Notes under the pieces: generated by a model
What the model saw: the letters and a program-made list of their open reading frames with translations, nothing else
The model's database searches: none
Told to the model about the DNA's origin: nothing
In this document: positions 50,834 through 62,367 of the stretch, piece by piece
Layout of the letters: every line of letters begins with the position of its first letter
Numbering within the stretch: the first letter of the stretch is position 1
Origin: an uncultured Acidobacteriota bacterium
Lineage (GTDB): Bacteria > Acidobacteriota > Vicinamibacteria > Vicinamibacterales > UBA2999
Assembly: GCA_963741665.1 (NCBI GenBank)
Contig: CAVUIM010000004.1
Coordinates: 957,122-1,021,121 of the forward strand
Reading direction: 5' to 3'
Length of the DNA: 64,000 bases
Program-made: the position numbers and the translations under genes

Positions 50834-53800
50834 ATGCCGACACCGCCGCAACCCGGCCGATCGCCGAGGGACACCGAGCGCTGGACCCGCGTCGACCGGC
50901 TGCTGCAATCCGCGCTCGACGTTCCCGCGGCCGAGCGCGACGGCTATCTTCGCGACGCCTGCGGCGGCGACCGCGGCCTGGAAGGCGACGTCCGGTCGCT
51001 GCTCGCCGCCCACGACCGTGCCGACGGGTTCCTCGCCGCGCCGGCGATCGATCTCGCCGCACGCGCGCTGGCCGGCGGGCGCAGCGCCGACGGCCGCCCC
51101 GGCGCCGGCGATCCGTTGATCGGTCAGAAGCTCTCGCACTATCGGGTCGTCGAGCGGCTCGGTGGCGGCGGGATGGGCGTGGTCTACAGGGCCGAGGACT
51201 CGCGGCTGCACCGTCCCGTGGCGCTCAAGTTCGTCACCGACGACCTGGCGAGTGACGCCGAGGCCCTGAGCCGCTTCCAGCGGGAAGCGCGCACCGCGTC
51301 GGCACTCAACCATCCCCACATCTGCACCATCTACGACATCGGCGAGCAGGACGGACGCGCGTTCATCGCCATGGAGTATCTCGAGGGCGCGACGCTGAAG
51401 GACCGACTGTCGTCTGGTCCCCTCGCACTCGGGACGGTGCTGCGCCTTGGCATCCAGATCGCCGACGCCCTCGACGCCGCCCACAGCGCGAACATCGTCC
51501 ACCGCGACATCAAACCGGCGAACATCTTCATCACCTCGCGCGGGCACGCCAAGCTCCTCGACTTCGGCCTCGCCAGGAGTGGGCCGGCCGCACCGCATGC
51601 GGATCTGACCACGATGGCCCGCACGCGCCCGGGCGTCGTCATGGGCACCGTCGCCTACATGGCGCCGGAGCAGGCCCGGGGCGACGCCGTGGATCACCGC
51701 GCAGACATCTGGAGCTTCGGCCTGGTGCTGTACGAGATGGCCAGGGGCACGCGGCCGGCGCCGGGCGTCCAGCTGCGCATCGAGGATGCTCCCGAGCTGG
51801 AACGCGTCGTGTCGAAGTGCCTGGAGACGGATCCAGGTCTCCGCTATCAGCACGCCGCCGACCTGCGCGCCGATCTCGAGCGCCTGACGAGCGGATCGAG
51901 CCCGGTGGTCGCCAGTGGACCTCCGGTGCCCAGTCGGACGCGCGGGCGCCTCGTCGTGGCTGCCGGCCTGGCCGCGGCCGTCCTCGTCGGCGCGTACGTC
52001 TTCGCGCCTCGGGCGGCGACGCTGACCGACAAGGACACGATCGTCCTCGCCGAGTTCACCAACACGACCGGCGATCCGGTGTTCGACGACACGCTGCGCC
52101 AGGGTCTGGCGGTGCAGCTCCAGCAGTCGCCGTTCCTGAGCCTCATCTCGGATCAACGTATCCGCGGGACCTTGGCGTTGATGAATCAACCGGCGGAGGC
52201 CAGGCTGACTCCCGAGGTCGCCCGGGGCGTCTGCGTCCGAACTGGCAGCGCGGCGGTACTCGAAGGCTCAATCGCGACGCTCGGCAGCCAGTACGTTCTC
52301 GGCCTGCGCGCGACGCAGTGCACGACCGGCGACGTCCTCGCCGACGAGCAGGCACAAGCGGCCCGGAAAGAAGAGGTCCTGAACACCCTCAGTCAGATTG
52401 CCACGCGCTTCCGAACGAGGGTCGGGGAATCGCTCGCTACCATCGAGAAACATTCGACGCCTCTCGCGGCAGCGACGACGCCCTCGCTCGAAGCGCTGCA
52501 GGCCTTCAGCGCCGGACACGACCTGGCGGATTTCAGCTGGGACAGACGGCTGCCCCACTACCAGCGCGCGATCGCCATCGATCCCGAGTTCGCCCTGGCT
52601 CATGCGCAAGTCGGGTTCGGCTACAGCACGCTGGGCGAGTCGGCGCTGGGGCGACAGAGCCTGCAGAAAGCCTACGAGCTGCGCCATCGCGCCAGCGACG
52701 TCGAGCGCCTCAACATCGAAACGCTGTACGACCGCGATGTCACCGGCAACCTGGAGCGCGAACGACGGACACTGGAGACGTGGGCCGAAAGCTATCCCCG
52801 CGACGCGCGAGCCCGTTCGTTGATGGCCGGCCTGGCGCTGACCAGCACCGGACAACACGAGCTGGCGATCGCCAAGAGCGAAGAAACCCTGGCTTTGGAC
52901 CCGGACTCGACCCCCACCTATGGCAGCAAGGCATTCAACGAACTGTTCCTCAATCGCCTCGACGATGCGCTGCTGACCGTCCGTCGGGCCGCCGAGCGTA
53001 AGCTGCAATCGCCCGATCTGCGGTTGATTCCATATGCCGTCGCTTTCTTGAAGGGGGACGACGAGGAACTCGAACGAACCGGTACGGCCGCCAGGAACAG
53101 CCGCGGCCTCGACGATCTGATTCCGCAGTTGGAAGCCCTTGCCCTGGCTCGGTCCGGCCGCCTGCAGGACGCGAGACGAACGTCCACGGTCCCGGTTGAG
53201 CTCGCGGAGCGCTCGGGTCGTCGCGAGCGGGCCGCCCTGTTCGAGGCAGGCCGAGCCGTGTGGGAGGCGTTCTACGGCAATGCGCCCGCCGCCCGACAGA
53301 GCGCCAGCAAGGCGCTGGCGCTCGGAAAAGGCCGCAACGTCGACTACGCCACGGCGTTCGCGCTCGCCCTTTCAGATCGTCTGCCGCAGGCGCGCGCCCT
53401 CGCTGAGGATCTCGCCCGCGAGTATCCGGAGGATACGTTCGTTCAGTTCATGTATCTGCCGACGCTCCGGGCCCTGTTTTCGCTGAACGCCGGCGATCCG
53501 GCCGCAGCCATTCAGGCGCTGCAGGTCGCCTCGCGCTACGACCTCCATACCGGAGGCGTCGGCTTCATTCAGCGCTTCGGCGCCCTGTACCCGATCTACG
53601 TGCGCGGGGTTGCCTACCTCGCGGCCCGGCAGCCCGCCGCAGCCGCCGCCGAGTTCCAGCGGATTCTCGATCACCGGAGCATCGTCCTGTTCGATCCGAT
53701 GGACGCGCTGGCGCGCCTGCAGCTGGCACGAGCGCTCGCGCTGGCCGGCGACACGGCGAAGGCAAAGAGTGCCTACAGCGATCTCTTCACTCTGTGGAAG

Positions 53801-53863
53801 GACGCCGACCCGGACCTTCCGGTTCTCACGGACGCTCGGGCCGAATACGCACGACTGCCGTAA
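50834..53863 (+). CDS. Ser/Thr protein kinase - TM - TPR (paralog 2, about 1009 aa)
   Basis: Same architecture, 3 nt after the paralog 1 stop. ATG at 50834 ([30 protein letters not shown]). The listed ORF begins upstream at 50762. Confidence 0.9.
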   Translation: MPTPPQPGRSPRDTERWTRVDRLLQSALDVPAAERDGYLRDACGGDRGLEGDVRSLLAAHDRADGFLAAPAIDLAARALAGGRSADGRPGAGDPLIGQKLSHYRVVERLGGGGMGVVYRAEDSRLHRPVALKFVTDDLASDAEALSRFQREARTASALNHPHICTIYDIGEQDGRAFIAMEYLEGATLKDRLSSGPLALGTVLRLGIQIADALDAAHSANIVHRDIKPANIFITSRGHAKLLDFGLARSGPAAPHADLTTMARTRPGVVMGTVAYMAPEQARGDAVDHRADIWSFGLVLYEMARGTRPAPGVQLRIEDAPELERVVSKCLETDPGLRYQHAADLRADLERLTSGSSPVVASGPPVPSRTRGRLVVAAGLAAAVLVGAYVFAPRAATLTDKDTIVLAEFTNTTGDPVFDDTLRQGLAVQLQQSPFLSLISDQRIRGTLALMNQPAEARLTPEVARGVCVRTGSAAVLEGSIATLGSQYVLGLRATQCTTGDVLADEQAQAARKEEVLNTLSQIATRFRTRVGESLATIEKHSTPLAAATTPSLEALQAFSAGHDLADFSWDRRLPHYQRAIAIDPEFALAHAQVGFGYSTLGESALGRQSLQKAYELRHRASDVERLNIETLYDRDVTGNLERERRTLETWAESYPRDARARSLMAGLALTSTGQHELAIAKSEETLALDPDSTPTYGSKAFNELFLNRLDDALLTVRRAAERKLQSPDLRLIPYAVAFLKGDDEELERTGTAARNSRGLDDLIPQLEALALARSGRLQDARRTSTVPVELAERSGRRERAALFEAGRAVWEAFYGNAPAARQSASKALALGKGRNVDYATAFALALSDRLPQARALAEDLAREYPEDTFVQFMYLPTLRALFSLNAGDPAAAIQALQVASRYDLHTGGVGFIQRFGALYPIYVRGVAYLAARQPAAAAAEFQRILDHRSIVLFDPMDALARLQLARALALAGDTAKAKSAYSDLFTLWKDADPDLPVLTDARAEYARLP

Positions 53864-53905
53864 GCGTGGCGAGGTCGATGCACACACCGCCGTGGCGACC
53901 GCGGC

Positions 53906-54442
53906 CTACTGGAACGGCTCGAATTGGATGCGAACGAAGTTGGCGCTGCCCGTGCGCGACCCCACCACAACACCTTGCAGATCGATGGTTTCCACCGTCG
54001 CCATCGCGCTGGCGCTATCGCGGTCATCGCCCAGCGTCATCTCGAGGCGGAGCCTGTTGTAGCGAAGCGGCTGGGCCGTGTTGACGTCGTAGAAGAGATC
54101 CCACAGCGTCACGCCGAACCGCCCTTTGCCAAGGTAGCGCCAGACGCCATGGGCCGCGGTGTGTGGCGGACGTGCGGGGTCGGTGCTGACTTCGCCTGGC
54201 ACCGAGCGGAGGACGGTGCCATCGGCATGGAACGTGATGAGTTGTCTGATGCCGGTGGCGGTGGTGCCAAACCAGGAGCCGACGATGCCCCACGGTTGCC
54301 CCGGCTTGCTGTGTTCGTCGCTCCTCGGGTCCTGCCGCTCCTGACTGTGACCAGGTTGCGCGATGGATTGGGCCTGCATCCCGGTCGCCGCGAGCGCGAG
54401 TGTGCCGGTGAGCAGCAGTGTTTCGACGATGTTCTTCACCAT
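53906..54442 (-). CDS. small exported hypothetical protein
   Basis: ATG at 54442 gives MVKNIVETLLLTGTLALAATGMQAQS signal. About 178 aa with no recognisable motifs. Confidence 0.4.
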   Translation of the reverse strand: MVKNIVETLLLTGTLALAATGMQAQSIAQPGHSQERQDPRSDEHSKPGQPWGIVGSWFGTTATGIRQLITFHADGTVLRSVPGEVSTDPARPPHTAAHGVWRYLGKGRFGVTLWDLFYDVNTAQPLRYNRLRLEMTLGDDRDSASAMATVETIDLQGVVVGSRTGSANFVRIQFEPFQ

Positions 54443-54479
54443 ATGGATAGCTCCTTCGCCCGGCCATTCCACCAGCCTC

Positions 54480-54611
54480 GGGCTCTACCGAAATAGGCGC
54501 AGAACCCCGGGAAGAGCTATCAGGCGAAGAAACGGAGAAGACCGATATAATGCCGCGTGCGCGAGTCGAGAAGCGCCAATGCCTGGCTGTATCGCGAGTT
54601 GACCGGCGAGG
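54480..54611 (+). repeat. relic of a second ECF-sigma gene copy: duplicated promoter-proximal block plus the last about 70 nt of the sigma ORF, with the body deleted
   Basis: 54483-54545 (CTACCGAAATAGGCGCAGAA...GAGCTATCAGGCGAAGAAACGGAGAAG) parallels 47118-47185. 54547-54611 parallels 47745-47795 (the sigma 3' end ...CGCGAGTTGACCGGCGAGGATGGCAATG). Confidence 0.7.
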
Positions 54612-57600
54612 ATGGCAATGGACGGCGACCGCTGGAACCAGGTCGATAAGCTGTTGCAGTCCGCGCTCGACGTTCCCCCGGCGGAGCGCGATGGCTTTCT
54701 GCGGAACGCTTGCGGGGGCGACGACCCGCTCGAACGCGACGTCCGCTCGCTGCTCGCCGCGCACGACCGTGCCGGCGGGTTCCTCGACGCGCCGGCGATC
54801 GATCTCGCCGCACGCGGGCTGGCCGGCGGGCGCAGCGCCGACGACGGAATGGCCGACCCTTCGACTTCGCTCAGGGCAGGCGGCGATCCGCTGATCGGTC
54901 AGACGCTCTCGCACTATCGGGTGGTCGAGCGGCTCGGCGGCGGCGGGATGGGCGTCGTGTACAAGGCCGAGGACTCGCGGCTGCACCGTCCCGTGGCGCT
55001 GAAGTTCGTCACCGACGATCTGGCAAGTGATGCCGAGGCACTGAGCCGGTTTCAGCGTGAAGCGCGCGCCGCCTCGGCGCTCAACCATCCACACATCTGC
55101 ACCATCCACGACATCGGCGAGCAGGACGGGCGGCCGTTCATCGTCATGGAGTACCTGGAGGGCACGACCCTGAAGGACCGGCTCGCGGCCGGTCCGCTCG
55201 GACTCCCTACGGTGCTGCGCCTTGGCATCCAGATCGCCGACGCCCTCGACGCCGCCCACAGCGCGAACATCGTCCACCGCGACATCAAACCGGCGAACAT
55301 CTTCATCAGCGCGCGTGGTCACGCCAAGCTCCTCGACTTCGGCCTGGCGAAGATGGGTGCGCCGACGCCGCGCGAGGCCTATGTCACGACAGCCGCCGGG
55401 ACGCTCCAAGGCGTCGTGATGGGCACGGTCGCCTACATGGCGCCCGAGCAGGCGCGCGGCGAGCCGGTCGATCATCGCGCCGACCTCTACAGCGTCGGCC
55501 TGGTGTTGTACGAGATGGCCAGGGGCACGCGGCCGGCGCCGGGCGTCCAGCTGCGGATCGAGGATTCCCCGGAACTGCAACGCGTCGTCGCGAAGTGCCT
55601 GGAGACGGATCCGGGGCTCCGCTATCAACACGCCGCCGACCTGCGCGTCGACCTCGAGCGTCTGACGAGCGGATCGAGCCCGGTGGCCGCCAGTGGACCT
55701 CCGGTGCCCAGTCGGACACGCGGGCGCCTCGTCGTGGCTGCCGGTCTGGCCGCGGCCGTCCTCGTCGGCGCGTACGTCTTCGCGCCTCGGGCGGCGACGC
55801 TGACCGACAAGGACACGATCGTCCTCGCCGAGTTCACCAACACGACCGGCGATCCGGTGTTCGACGACACCTTGCAACAGGGACTGATGGTGCAGCTGCA
55901 GCAGTCGCCGTTCCTGAGCTTCGTCTCCGATCAGCGCATCCGCCGCACGTTGCCGTTGATGAACCAGCCAACGAATGCACGATTGACTCCTGACATTGCT
56001 CGCGGCGTGTGCGTCCGGACCGGCAGCGCGGCAGTTCTGGAAGGGTCGATCGCCGCGCTCGGAAGTCAGTATGTCCTTGGCCTGCGGGCGACGGCCTGCA
56101 CGACCGGCGACGTCCTGGCCGACGAGCAGGCACAGGCGCCACGGAAAGAGGATGTCCTGAGCGCACTCAGTCAGATGGCGACCCGCTTTCGAACCCGCGT
56201 TGGAGAATCGCTCGCCACGATCGAGCAACATTCGCGGCCGCTCGCGGAAGCGACGACTCCGTCGCTCGACGCGCTGCAGGCCTACACCGCCGCGTTGAAG
56301 GAATTCGACCGGGCCCGGCGACTGCCGTTCCTGCAACGGGCGGTCGCCCTCGATCCCGAGTTTGCGGTGGCCCACGCGCAACTGGGGTTCGCTCTCGGCA
56401 ACCTGGGAGAGGCGGCGCAGGGACGGGACAGCCTGGTCAAGGCGTACCAGCTGCGACAGCGAGCCAGCGACCTCGAGCGCTTCTCCATCGAGACCTTTTA
56501 CGACCGCGACGTCACCGGCAATCTCGAACGGGAACGACGGACATTGGAGACGTGGGCGCAGCACTATCCTCGCGATCCATCCCCTCACACACTGCTAGCG
56601 GGTCTGGCCCTGACCAGCACCGGCCAGCACGAGCTGGCGATTGCCGAAACCGACAAGGCCATTGCGCTGGATCCCGACTGGACACCGGCGTATGGCAACA
56701 AGGCGTTCAATCAGCTCTACCTGAATCGCCCCGACGATGCCTTGGTGACGGTCGCTCGGGCGAGGGAGCGCAAACTGGAACCCGCCAACTTTCTGCTGGT
56801 TCCCTATTTCGTCGCCTTCTTGAAGGGCGATCAGGAGGAACTCGCACGGTCGGCGACGGCAGCCCGGAAGGGCCCCGAGTTGGTCGACTTCATGCCGCAT
56901 CTGGAGTCGCTGACGCTGGCTCGCTCGGGGCGCCTGCAGGACGCACGACGGATGTCCGCGGTGCTCGTCGAGGTTGCGCAACAGTCGGGTCGGCGCGAAC
57001 GGGCCGGCTTGTTCGAAGCTGGCAGAGCCGTGTGGGAAGCGTTTTACGGCAATGCGGCCGCCGCCAGCCAGAGCGCCAGCAAGGCGCTCGCGCTCGACCG
57101 GGACCGCAACGTCGATTATGCCGCGGCATTCGCGCTCGCCCTCGCGGGCGGTGTGCCGCAATCGCGAGCCCTCGCCGAAGACCTCGCCCGCGAGTTCCCA
57201 GAGGATACGTTCGTTCAGTTCATGTATTTGCCGACGCTTCGTGCCTTGTTCGCATTGAACGCTCACGATCCAGCCGGGGCCATCCAGGCGTTGCAGGTCG
57301 CCTCCCGCTATGACCTTCATACGCGTGGCGTCAGCTACATCGGACGCTTTGGCGCCCTGTACCCGATCTACGTTCGCGGACTGGCGTACCTCGCGTCACG
57401 TCAACCCGCCGAGGCCGTCGGAGAATTCCAGCGGATTCTCGATCATCGAAGCGTCGTCCTCATGGATCCCATGGACGCGTTGGCGAGACTGCAGCTGGCG
57501 CGAGCGCTCGCGCTCACTGGCGACACGGCGAAGGCGAAGAACGCCTACAGCGATCTCTTCACGTTGTGGAAGGACGCCGATTCGGACCTTCCGCTTCTCA

Positions 57601-57635
57601 GGGACGCCCGGGCGGAGTTCGCGCGACTGCCGTGA
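54612..57635 (+). CDS. Ser/Thr protein kinase - TM - TPR (paralog 3, 1007 aa)
   Basis: N-terminus [43 protein letters not shown] is near-identical to paralog 1, with the same Hanks motifs. Confidence 0.9.
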   Translation: MAMDGDRWNQVDKLLQSALDVPPAERDGFLRNACGGDDPLERDVRSLLAAHDRAGGFLDAPAIDLAARGLAGGRSADDGMADPSTSLRAGGDPLIGQTLSHYRVVERLGGGGMGVVYKAEDSRLHRPVALKFVTDDLASDAEALSRFQREARAASALNHPHICTIHDIGEQDGRPFIVMEYLEGTTLKDRLAAGPLGLPTVLRLGIQIADALDAAHSANIVHRDIKPANIFISARGHAKLLDFGLAKMGAPTPREAYVTTAAGTLQGVVMGTVAYMAPEQARGEPVDHRADLYSVGLVLYEMARGTRPAPGVQLRIEDSPELQRVVAKCLETDPGLRYQHAADLRVDLERLTSGSSPVAASGPPVPSRTRGRLVVAAGLAAAVLVGAYVFAPRAATLTDKDTIVLAEFTNTTGDPVFDDTLQQGLMVQLQQSPFLSFVSDQRIRRTLPLMNQPTNARLTPDIARGVCVRTGSAAVLEGSIAALGSQYVLGLRATACTTGDVLADEQAQAPRKEDVLSALSQMATRFRTRVGESLATIEQHSRPLAEATTPSLDALQAYTAALKEFDRARRLPFLQRAVALDPEFAVAHAQLGFALGNLGEAAQGRDSLVKAYQLRQRASDLERFSIETFYDRDVTGNLERERRTLETWAQHYPRDPSPHTLLAGLALTSTGQHELAIAETDKAIALDPDWTPAYGNKAFNQLYLNRPDDALVTVARARERKLEPANFLLVPYFVAFLKGDQEELARSATAARKGPELVDFMPHLESLTLARSGRLQDARRMSAVLVEVAQQSGRRERAGLFEAGRAVWEAFYGNAAAASQSASKALALDRDRNVDYAAAFALALAGGVPQSRALAEDLAREFPEDTFVQFMYLPTLRALFALNAHDPAGAIQALQVASRYDLHTRGVSYIGRFGALYPIYVRGLAYLASRQPAEAVGEFQRILDHRSVVLMDPMDALARLQLARALALTGDTAKAKNAYSDLFTLWKDADSDLPLLRDARAEFARLP

Positions 57636-57685
57636 GCGCTGGCCAACCACCGCCGCGTCGAGTTCATCAAGAGGTAGCGGGCGCC

Positions 57686-59253
57686 ATGAACATGAGGACG
57701 ATGCTCGCCGCCGCCGTCTGGTTGCTGGCGGCGGCAGGACTCATCGCGCAGAGTCAGCTCGCGCCGCTCGGCCTCACCGAGACCGCTGCCCGGACCTTCG
57801 TGCTCAACGACATCAAGGGACCGGCAGCGGATCGCGGCGCCGAGATCGAGGTCGCCGGCACGCGCGCCTTTCTCACGCTCCCGCCCGCCGCGCGCGGCCC
57901 GGCAGCCACCGCCCTGTTCGCCTGGGTGAAGGCGTACGTGAGCTCCCCGGCGTTCATCAACAGCTACAACGCGTACCGCAACGGTCGCCTGCCAACCCCG
58001 CGACATTACGCGCTCTCGGTCGACGCCCAGGTGAAGAAGGACATCGCCGAGCAGCTCGCCGGGTTTGAACAGATGCGGCTTGCCGCCGACAAGATGCCGC
58101 CCCAGGACCGCGACATGCTCATGGAGCAGGTCAAGCCGGCACTCGCCAACCTGACCAATCCTGCCTACGCCGACACGCTCAGAGCGCAGTTGACGGCCGA
58201 GCGTGCGCAGGAGACCGGGCTCGGACCCGAGATTGCCCTGGAGGTCGAGAAGACGACGCCGGCCGATCCAGGGATGCTGTTCTCGCGGCGTTTACGAGAG
58301 TTCCTGACCGCGACCGCGGACGTGAATTTCTCGGCGCGGACTGGCCCCAATCCCGCAGCAGATGCGCTCGGCCTCGGACACAACCAGCCCGTCGACCCCT
58401 TCACGCTGTATCCGATTCCACACCTGACCGGCGTCGTGACCGCCGTGGTCGGTGCCGCAGCCTGCCATGCGGTTCTCGCCAACGGTCAGGTGTTCTCGTG
58501 GGGTGTCGGGCCATACGGCACTCTTGGCACGACGCCGCTCGACGAGTTGGTGACACGGGTGGAGCCACACTTCCGTTCGAATACGCCGGTGCCCGTGGCC
58601 GCGACGTTCGACGCGGTGGACGTGTCCTCGCTGGGCGAGCACGTGCTGGCGCTCGCGCGCGATGGCAGCGTCCATGCCTGGGGTCGCGGCGACGCCGGTC
58701 AGCTCGGCATCGGCGGGCTGCCGATGGTCAACTACAGGGGCCGGTCGTCGCGCGTCGAGAACTTCGTGTCGTACCCCGCGCGCATTCCCGGCCTCACCGA
58801 TGTCGTCGCGATCAGTGCCGGCAAAGGGCACTCGCTGGCGCTGCTGAAGGACGGCACCGTGCGCGCGTCATGGCCTGGGGCAACACCCACGGCAGCAGCG
58901 ATCCTCGCCCGGTGCCGGCGGCGGTCGTCGGCGCGCGCGGCCGTCGCTCGGTCGTCGGTGGAGACGCTCACGTCGTGGCGATCACTCACACCGGCGGGGT
59001 CATGACCTGGGGCACGTCCGGTCACTACGAGACCGGCCGCGGCCGGAACGCGAGCGCACCGGGGCTCGTCAAGGAGCTCACCGGCGTGGTGTCTGTCGCT
59101 GCCTCGGCGTGGGGCAGCGCCGCAGTCCTGGCGTCGGGACGAATCATGGCGTGGTCCGAGGTGCGGCCGTGGCACCGGCCGGGTTACAACGGCACCAACA
59201 ATCTCAGTCCGACGCCGATCCTGTTGTGGCTCGATGGACTCGAGCAGCCGTGA
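57686..59253 (+). pseudogene. secreted RCC1-repeat (regulator of chromosome condensation-like beta-propeller) protein; 1-nt frame change near 58860-58870
   Basis: Signal MNMRTMLAAAVWLLAAAGLIAQ. RCC1-like repeats (VHAWGRGDAGQLGIGG, GHSLALLKDGTVRA) in the first frame, then (V)MAWGNTHGSS...VMTWGTSGHYETGRG...IMAWSE in the +1 frame (ORF 58498..59253). Confidence 0.55.
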
Positions 59254-59540
59254 CCCGTAAGTCGCAGGGTTTGCCCGGGGGTTTCGGGGGGTATGTGACA
59301 CAGTTCTGACACAGAATCCGAACGCAGTTGGCGAAATACGAAGCGAAGGGCCTTCGTGCGCGTCCCGGGTAATGCTGCTGTACTCGACTTGGCGCGTCCT
59401 TCTGGACGCGGCCGCACGTCGCGACTGTAGCGGATGATCTGGCTCAGCACGAGTCCGATCGCCAGCATCGACATTCCGGCGAGCCGCGCCGTATCAGCGG
59501 GAGACGATGCGTCGATGACGACACCACCGGTTGCCGACTC

Positions 59541-60500
59541 CTAGAAGCCGCCTTCGACATCGACGACGATGCGTCCGCGCGCCTGTCCGGCGCGCAGGCG
59601 CTCCAGGCCGGCCGCCACATCTCGCACGGCGACCACCGAATCAATTGGCGCCGCGAGACCATCGACGAGCCACCGCCCAATTTGGTCGAGAGCGGCGGTC
59701 GTGGACTTCACCGCCACCAGGTGTGCCCGCGTACGGGTCAGCAGGCTCAAGGCCTTGTCCACGAAGAACGCCTTCGTCGGCAGCGTGGTGACGAACGCGC
59801 CGCCGGGCTTGAGCGCGTGGCGCCATTCGCGCCACCGGTAGGCCGCGGCGGCATCGAACACCACGTCGAACGCACTGGGCGCCGCCCTCGTGACCGGACC
59901 GCGCGTACGGTCCCACACCATCGAGGCGCCCATGGCGCGAGCCATCTCGAGCCCCGCGCCCGATCCCACTCCGGTCACGTCTCCGCCAAGGCGCATGCCG
60001 ATGCCCACGGCCAGCGACCCGACGCCGCCAGACACGCCCGTCACCAGCAGGCGTCCTCCCGGCGGCAGGCGTCCCAGCGTGCGAATCCCCTGCAGTCCCG
60101 TGAGGCCTGTGGTGGCGGCTGCCGCGGCCGCGCGGTGCGACACCGACGCCGGCTTCACGCCCACCTCGGCCTCCCGCACGATAACGGATTCGGCGAACGC
60201 TCCGCGCCGGTTGAACGGCCCGTACGGCAGACAGCCGAACACGTCGTCGCCGAACGCGAGCTGGCGCACACCAGGACCGACGGCCTTGACGGTCCCCGAG
60301 AAGTCGTAGCCCATGATCAGCGGCGACGTGCGTCCATGCAGGAGCGTCATCGTGCCGCCGATGACCTTGTAGTCGGCCGGGTTGAGCGCCGATGCCACGA
60401 CGTGCACGAGCACTTCGCCCGCGCCGGGCGCACCCTCTGGCACTTCGACTTCGTGGAGGCGCTCCAGCGGGCCGTAGCCGCTCACCGCCATGGCCTTCAT
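59541..60500 (-). CDS. zinc-binding alcohol dehydrogenase / quinone oxidoreductase (MDR superfamily)
   Basis: GroES-like N-terminus and GxGxxG-like cofactor loop (LVTGVSGGVGSLAVGIG). Confidence 0.8.
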   Translation of the reverse strand: MKAMAVSGYGPLERLHEVEVPEGAPGAGEVLVHVVASALNPADYKVIGGTMTLLHGRTSPLIMGYDFSGTVKAVGPGVRQLAFGDDVFGCLPYGPFNRRGAFAESVIVREAEVGVKPASVSHRAAAAAATTGLTGLQGIRTLGRLPPGGRLLVTGVSGGVGSLAVGIGMRLGGDVTGVGSGAGLEMARAMGASMVWDRTRGPVTRAAPSAFDVVFDAAAAYRWREWRHALKPGGAFVTTLPTKAFFVDKALSLLTRTRAHLVAVKSTTAALDQIGRWLVDGLAAPIDSVVAVRDVAAGLERLRAGQARGRIVVDVEGGF

Positions 60501-60505
60501 GGCGA

Positions 60506-60913
60506 CTACTTGGCGCGCATGCGGTTGCCGCGCGCGTTGTGCTCGACCTCAGCGAGGCCCAACTCCTCCATGAGCGGCGGCACGTACATGCCGAAGCGGC
60601 CGCGTAGACCCTTCTTCCGGCCGTACCATCCGCCCACGGGATTCTTCGGCGAACGGCCCCACGCCTCCACGGTGTCGGGCTTGGCAGGCTTCTGCTCGTC
60701 AGCCGAACCCAGCTCCATCCAGTCGCCGTGCGCCTTCAGCATCGCGTGGAGGTCTTTCAGGCAACGGTACTCGTAGTGAAGGATGGTCTTCCCCACCGTG
60801 CACACCAGCATATCGACGCCGTCGATGGTGTCGCGGTGCATCGTGAATTCGGACGTGAGCGGCGGCGTCTTCAACTTCCACGGGTCAGCGGCAGTGCCTT
60901 TGGATTTGGCCAT
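60506..60913 (-). CDS. conserved hypothetical protein (135 aa)
   Basis: Clean ORF 6 nt upstream of the ADH start. No recognisable motif. Confidence 0.45.
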   Translation of the reverse strand: MAKSKGTAADPWKLKTPPLTSEFTMHRDTIDGVDMLVCTVGKTILHYEYRCLKDLHAMLKAHGDWMELGSADEQKPAKPDTVEAWGRSPKNPVGGWYGRKKGLRGRFGMYVPPLMEELGLAEVEHNARGNRMRAK

Positions 60914-60925
60914 GTGAGAGTCCCT

Positions 60926-61373
60926 CAGGATCGTTCGGCTTCCTTCTTCAGGTCCGCGGCGTATTGCTCGAACACCGGCTTGAAGTCCGGCAGCGACAGG
61001 CCGATGAGCGGCAGCATGAAGCCGGTGAACACCTCTTCCATCGAGAAGGCCGTCGACCGCCGCCTTTCGGCGTTAGCGTATAGGTCCGCACGCCGCGGAA
61101 CACGGCGTTGCCGTCACTCCACACCAGACGTGTGTAAGGTTCGACGATGTCGACCTTCACACTGAACGTCCGTGTCGAGATCGGCACCTTGATCTTCAGC
61201 TGCTCGCCGAGCGCCACGCGGCCGTCGATCTGCGTAATGGTCGAGTTCCAACGCGGTGTCTCGGCCACGTTGGTCAACAGCGACCAGATCTTCTCGGGCG
61301 TCGCGGTGATGTCGACGTCAACGCGGACTGACTGCCGGAACGTGCTCTTTGTCTTCACTGCCGTCGGACTCAT
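60926..61373 (-). pseudogene. SRPBCC (polyketide cyclase/START-like) protein; 1-nt frame change in a G-run near 61045-61060
   Basis: MSPTAVKTKSTFRQSVRVDVDITATPEKIWSLL ... TYTLTPKGGG in one frame, continued by STAFSMEEVFTGFMLPLIGLSLPDFKPVFEQYAADLKKEAERS in the next. Confidence 0.5.
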
Positions 61374-61402
61374 GTGCCCGGCCTCCTGCGTGGCGAGAGC
61401 GA

Positions 61403-61900
61403 CTACTGCCCCCGGACGAGCTCGGAAATGGCCTTGCGGCCAAGATCTTTGCGAATGGCGCCGATGCCGCCCACATGGTACGCCTCGTGCCACGCGAAGA
61501 AGAGCAGCGTGTCGAAGACCAGCTTCTCATCGTGCGGACCGGCGCCTGGCATTGGCGCGTCGAGCTGCGCGGCCGACGCCTCGCTCACCGCCGCACTGAG
61601 CTCGCTGTTCAACGTCGTAAAACCCGCGAGCAGCTCCGCGAGCGCCGGGTAGTTCGAGCCGTCGGTCGCCGCGGCGTGCTCGAATGACGCCGCGAACGGA
61701 TTCGCCTTCGCTCGACCCAGGAGCTGCAGCATCTTGACCTTGTGGTGGCACAGATGGCCGATCGTCCACGCGATGGACGGTCCCGACCCGGCGCGCGATC
61801 GCGTCTTCGCGTCGCTGTCCGAGAGGTCCTTGACGCTCGTCGCCAGGATGCCGCCGGACAATCCGTACTGGGCCACGATCGCACGAGCCATCGATTCCAT
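61403..61900 (-). CDS. DinB/YfiT-family metal-dependent four-helix-bundle protein
   Basis: SIAWTIGHLCHH ... FFAWHEAYHVGGIG His-triad pattern. Confidence 0.75.
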   Translation of the reverse strand: MESMARAIVAQYGLSGGILATSVKDLSDSDAKTRSRAGSGPSIAWTIGHLCHHKVKMLQLLGRAKANPFAASFEHAAATDGSNYPALAELLAGFTTLNSELSAAVSEASAAQLDAPMPGAGPHDEKLVFDTLLFFAWHEAYHVGGIGAIRKDLGRKAISELVRGQ

Positions 61901-61914
61901 CGGTCATCCTTCCA

Positions 61915-62367
61915 TCACTTCGTCGCGAACCGGCCGCACGCCGCCACGAAGTGCGGCAGCAGGCCACCCCACCCTCGCTGGTTCCTGTCGCGTCGCGCCG
62001 GCCCGAGGTCGCCGAGGCCGTCCCATCCCGAGTGCATGATCTCCACGCGGGTGGAGTCGGCGGTGAGGGACACAAACTCGATGCGCACCTGCGTCGCGAG
62101 CGAACGGTCGGCGCCGAGGTGCCAGAGATAGGCGAGGCGCTGCGGCGGATCCCACAGGGTGATCTCGCCCCAGTCGAATTCCGTGCCGTCAGGCGCGCGC
62201 TCGAAGAGTCGCCCGCCCGTTCGTGGCTCGAACGTCACGGCCAGGCCAGGCTGGTGCGACACCGAGTGTGACACCGGCCACCACAACGACGTGGACGCCG
62301 TGAACACCGCGAACGCATGCGCCGCGTCGCACTGCACGACGACCGACACCTCCAGCGGCTCGATCAT
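61915..62367 (-). CDS. SRPBCC superfamily protein (AHSA1-like)
   Basis: ATG at 62367 gives MIEPLEVSVVVQCDAAHAFAVFTASTSLWWP. ATGA overlap with the upstream ArsR. Confidence 0.65.
   Translation of the reverse strand: MIEPLEVSVVVQCDAAHAFAVFTASTSLWWPVSHSVSHQPGLAVTFEPRTGGRLFERAPDGTEFDWGEITLWDPPQRLAYLWHLGADRSLATQVRIEFVSLTADSTRVEIMHSGWDGLGDLGPARRDRNQRGWGGLLPHFVAACGRFATK

Noticed and set aside
59184-59474. 96-aa minus-strand ORF with a hydrophobic N-terminus in the RCC1/ADH intergenic gap
   Set aside because: No RBS, no family similarity, and it lies in a convergent terminator region. Not reported as a gene.
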